Positions 23,778-24,681 of a DNA stretch of 24,681 nucleotides are shown here, in pieces (the first letter of the stretch is position 1; every line of letters starts with the position of its first letter). Under the pieces are notes generated by a model. The model was given only the letters and a program-made list of their open reading frames with translations. It was not told the origin of the DNA and did no database searches. Origin of the DNA: Alphaproteobacteria bacterium (GTDB lineage Bacteria; Pseudomonadota; Alphaproteobacteria; Rhizobiales; Hyphomicrobiaceae); NCBI GenBank assembly GCA_024279745.1, contig JAJRRE010000099.1:1-24681 (forward strand), in the 5' to 3' direction. Position numbers and translations under genes: made by a program.

Positions 23778-24463
23778 TAAAAGCGCAAGATCCGCAGCCA
23801 GCGCATGACATTGAGCATGGAAAGCGCGGCGGCGGCGACATAGGTGTAGGACGCAGCCTTAAGGATCTGACGCGCCGCTGCCATATCCTTGTCGCCAATA
23901 TAACGTCCCGCTTGCAGCACCGGCAGCGCACGGCGAAAACTGGCATCGAATTCGACCGGCAATGTTGTGGCGTGCATTAAGATGGTTGAACCTAAAATCA
24001 GCATTCCGGCCATTAGCTCAAATATGAGAATATGCGGGGTCTTGGCAACAATCATCATCAGCGGCGCCGCCAGCATGACAATCGATCCAATGCGCTCCAC
24101 ATTCACCGCTTGCTTGGCCAGTTTCGTGCGCGCTTTCAGGGGCCGGTAACCGGTGGCGTCCTGCATGGCATGACCCACTTCATGCGCGGCGATCACAACC
24201 GCCGACAATGAGCGGCCGTTATAATGTTGCGGTAGCAGCCGCACCGTCGCGGCATCGGGATCATAGTGATCGCCAACATCGGTTTCCTCGACGACAACGC
24301 TTTGCAACCCCATCTCATCCAGAATATGGCGTGCAAATTCGCCGCCGGTACCGGGAAAGTCCGGGCGATCCGCGCTATGGCGCCTTATCACAGATTTTAC
24401 CCAGAATTGTGGTAGTAGCGCTAATACCACCATCACCAGCAAAATAAATAATATCAAACCCAA
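23777..24463 (-). CDS. Membrane zinc metallopeptidase (YugP / Zn_peptidase_2 family)
   Basis: 'GDHYDP', 'AAHEVGHAMQ' (HExxH), 'TLPVEFDAS.RA', 'AASYTYVAAAA'. TTG start with AAGGA 6 nt upstream. Confidence 0.93.
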   Translation of the reverse strand: MGLILFILLVMVVLALLPQFWVKSVIRRHSADRPDFPGTGGEFARHILDEMGLQSVVVEETDVGDHYDPDAATVRLLPQHYNGRSLSAVVIAAHEVGHAMQDATGYRPLKARTKLAKQAVNVERIGSIVMLAAPLMMIVAKTPHILIFELMAGMLILGSTILMHATTLPVEFDASFRRALPVLQAGRYIGDKDMAAARQILKAASYTYVAAAALSMLNVMRWLRILRF

Positions 24464-24681
24464 TTGGCGTCCTTTCGACCAAGGCTTACTTTATTTTTTT
24501 TCATCTTCATGTATTCTCATGCTGTCAGGCGAAAAGACCGCTCCGGCACTTGCACTTGAATTGGCAAGTGAACCGGTACGGCGGTGAATGAACACGCGTT
24601 ATTTTTGAGCAGCTCATCGACAATTGATGTTGCCTGCATCTTTAACAAACAAGCGCGGCGCCTTACATTTAAATCAGGCAT

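Noticed and set aside
24517-24681. Short minus-strand open frame (about 54 codons) and weak CACTTGC/GCAAGTG dyad at the right edge
   Set aside because: No recognisable product and it is cut off by the window edge. Cannot be distinguished from intergenic sequence.

Overview
GC-rich chromosomal segment, most likely alphaproteobacterial (inferred from gene content and repeat type), with no rRNA, tRNA, CRISPR array, transposase or integrase that I can detect. Left to right: (1) a co-directional aromatic-acid catabolic cluster (TRAP permease DctM C-terminus, hmgA, FAH-family hydrolase, MBL-fold protein with a degenerate metal site, FAD monooxygenase, DUF2783-like small protein) with no maiA in the window; (2) a complete-looking mercury-resistance unit, merR divergent from merT-merP-merF-merA, with a 19-bp-spacer MerR promoter and a dyad operator; (3) exported MsrA, a VOC protein and a Tat-exported Met-rich multicopper oxidase preceded by a perfect FNR-type box; (4) a translationally coupled pair of FAD oxidoreductases, one with a BFD-like [2Fe-2S] tail, divergent from a WHG-type TetR; (5) a minus-strand run of rimO, CapA-family protein, YdjM-like hydrolase and GPAT/PlsB-like acyltransferase, the last overlapping TetR tail-to-tail by 127 nt, with a REP-like palindrome cluster in the spacer; (6) a YHS-domain exported protein convergent with a YugP-like Zn peptidase. 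A window-wide feature is about 15 short tandem duplications (8-26 bp period), with frame-preserving periods inside genes and arbitrary periods between genes. All assignments come from motif recognition by eye; no database searches were run.
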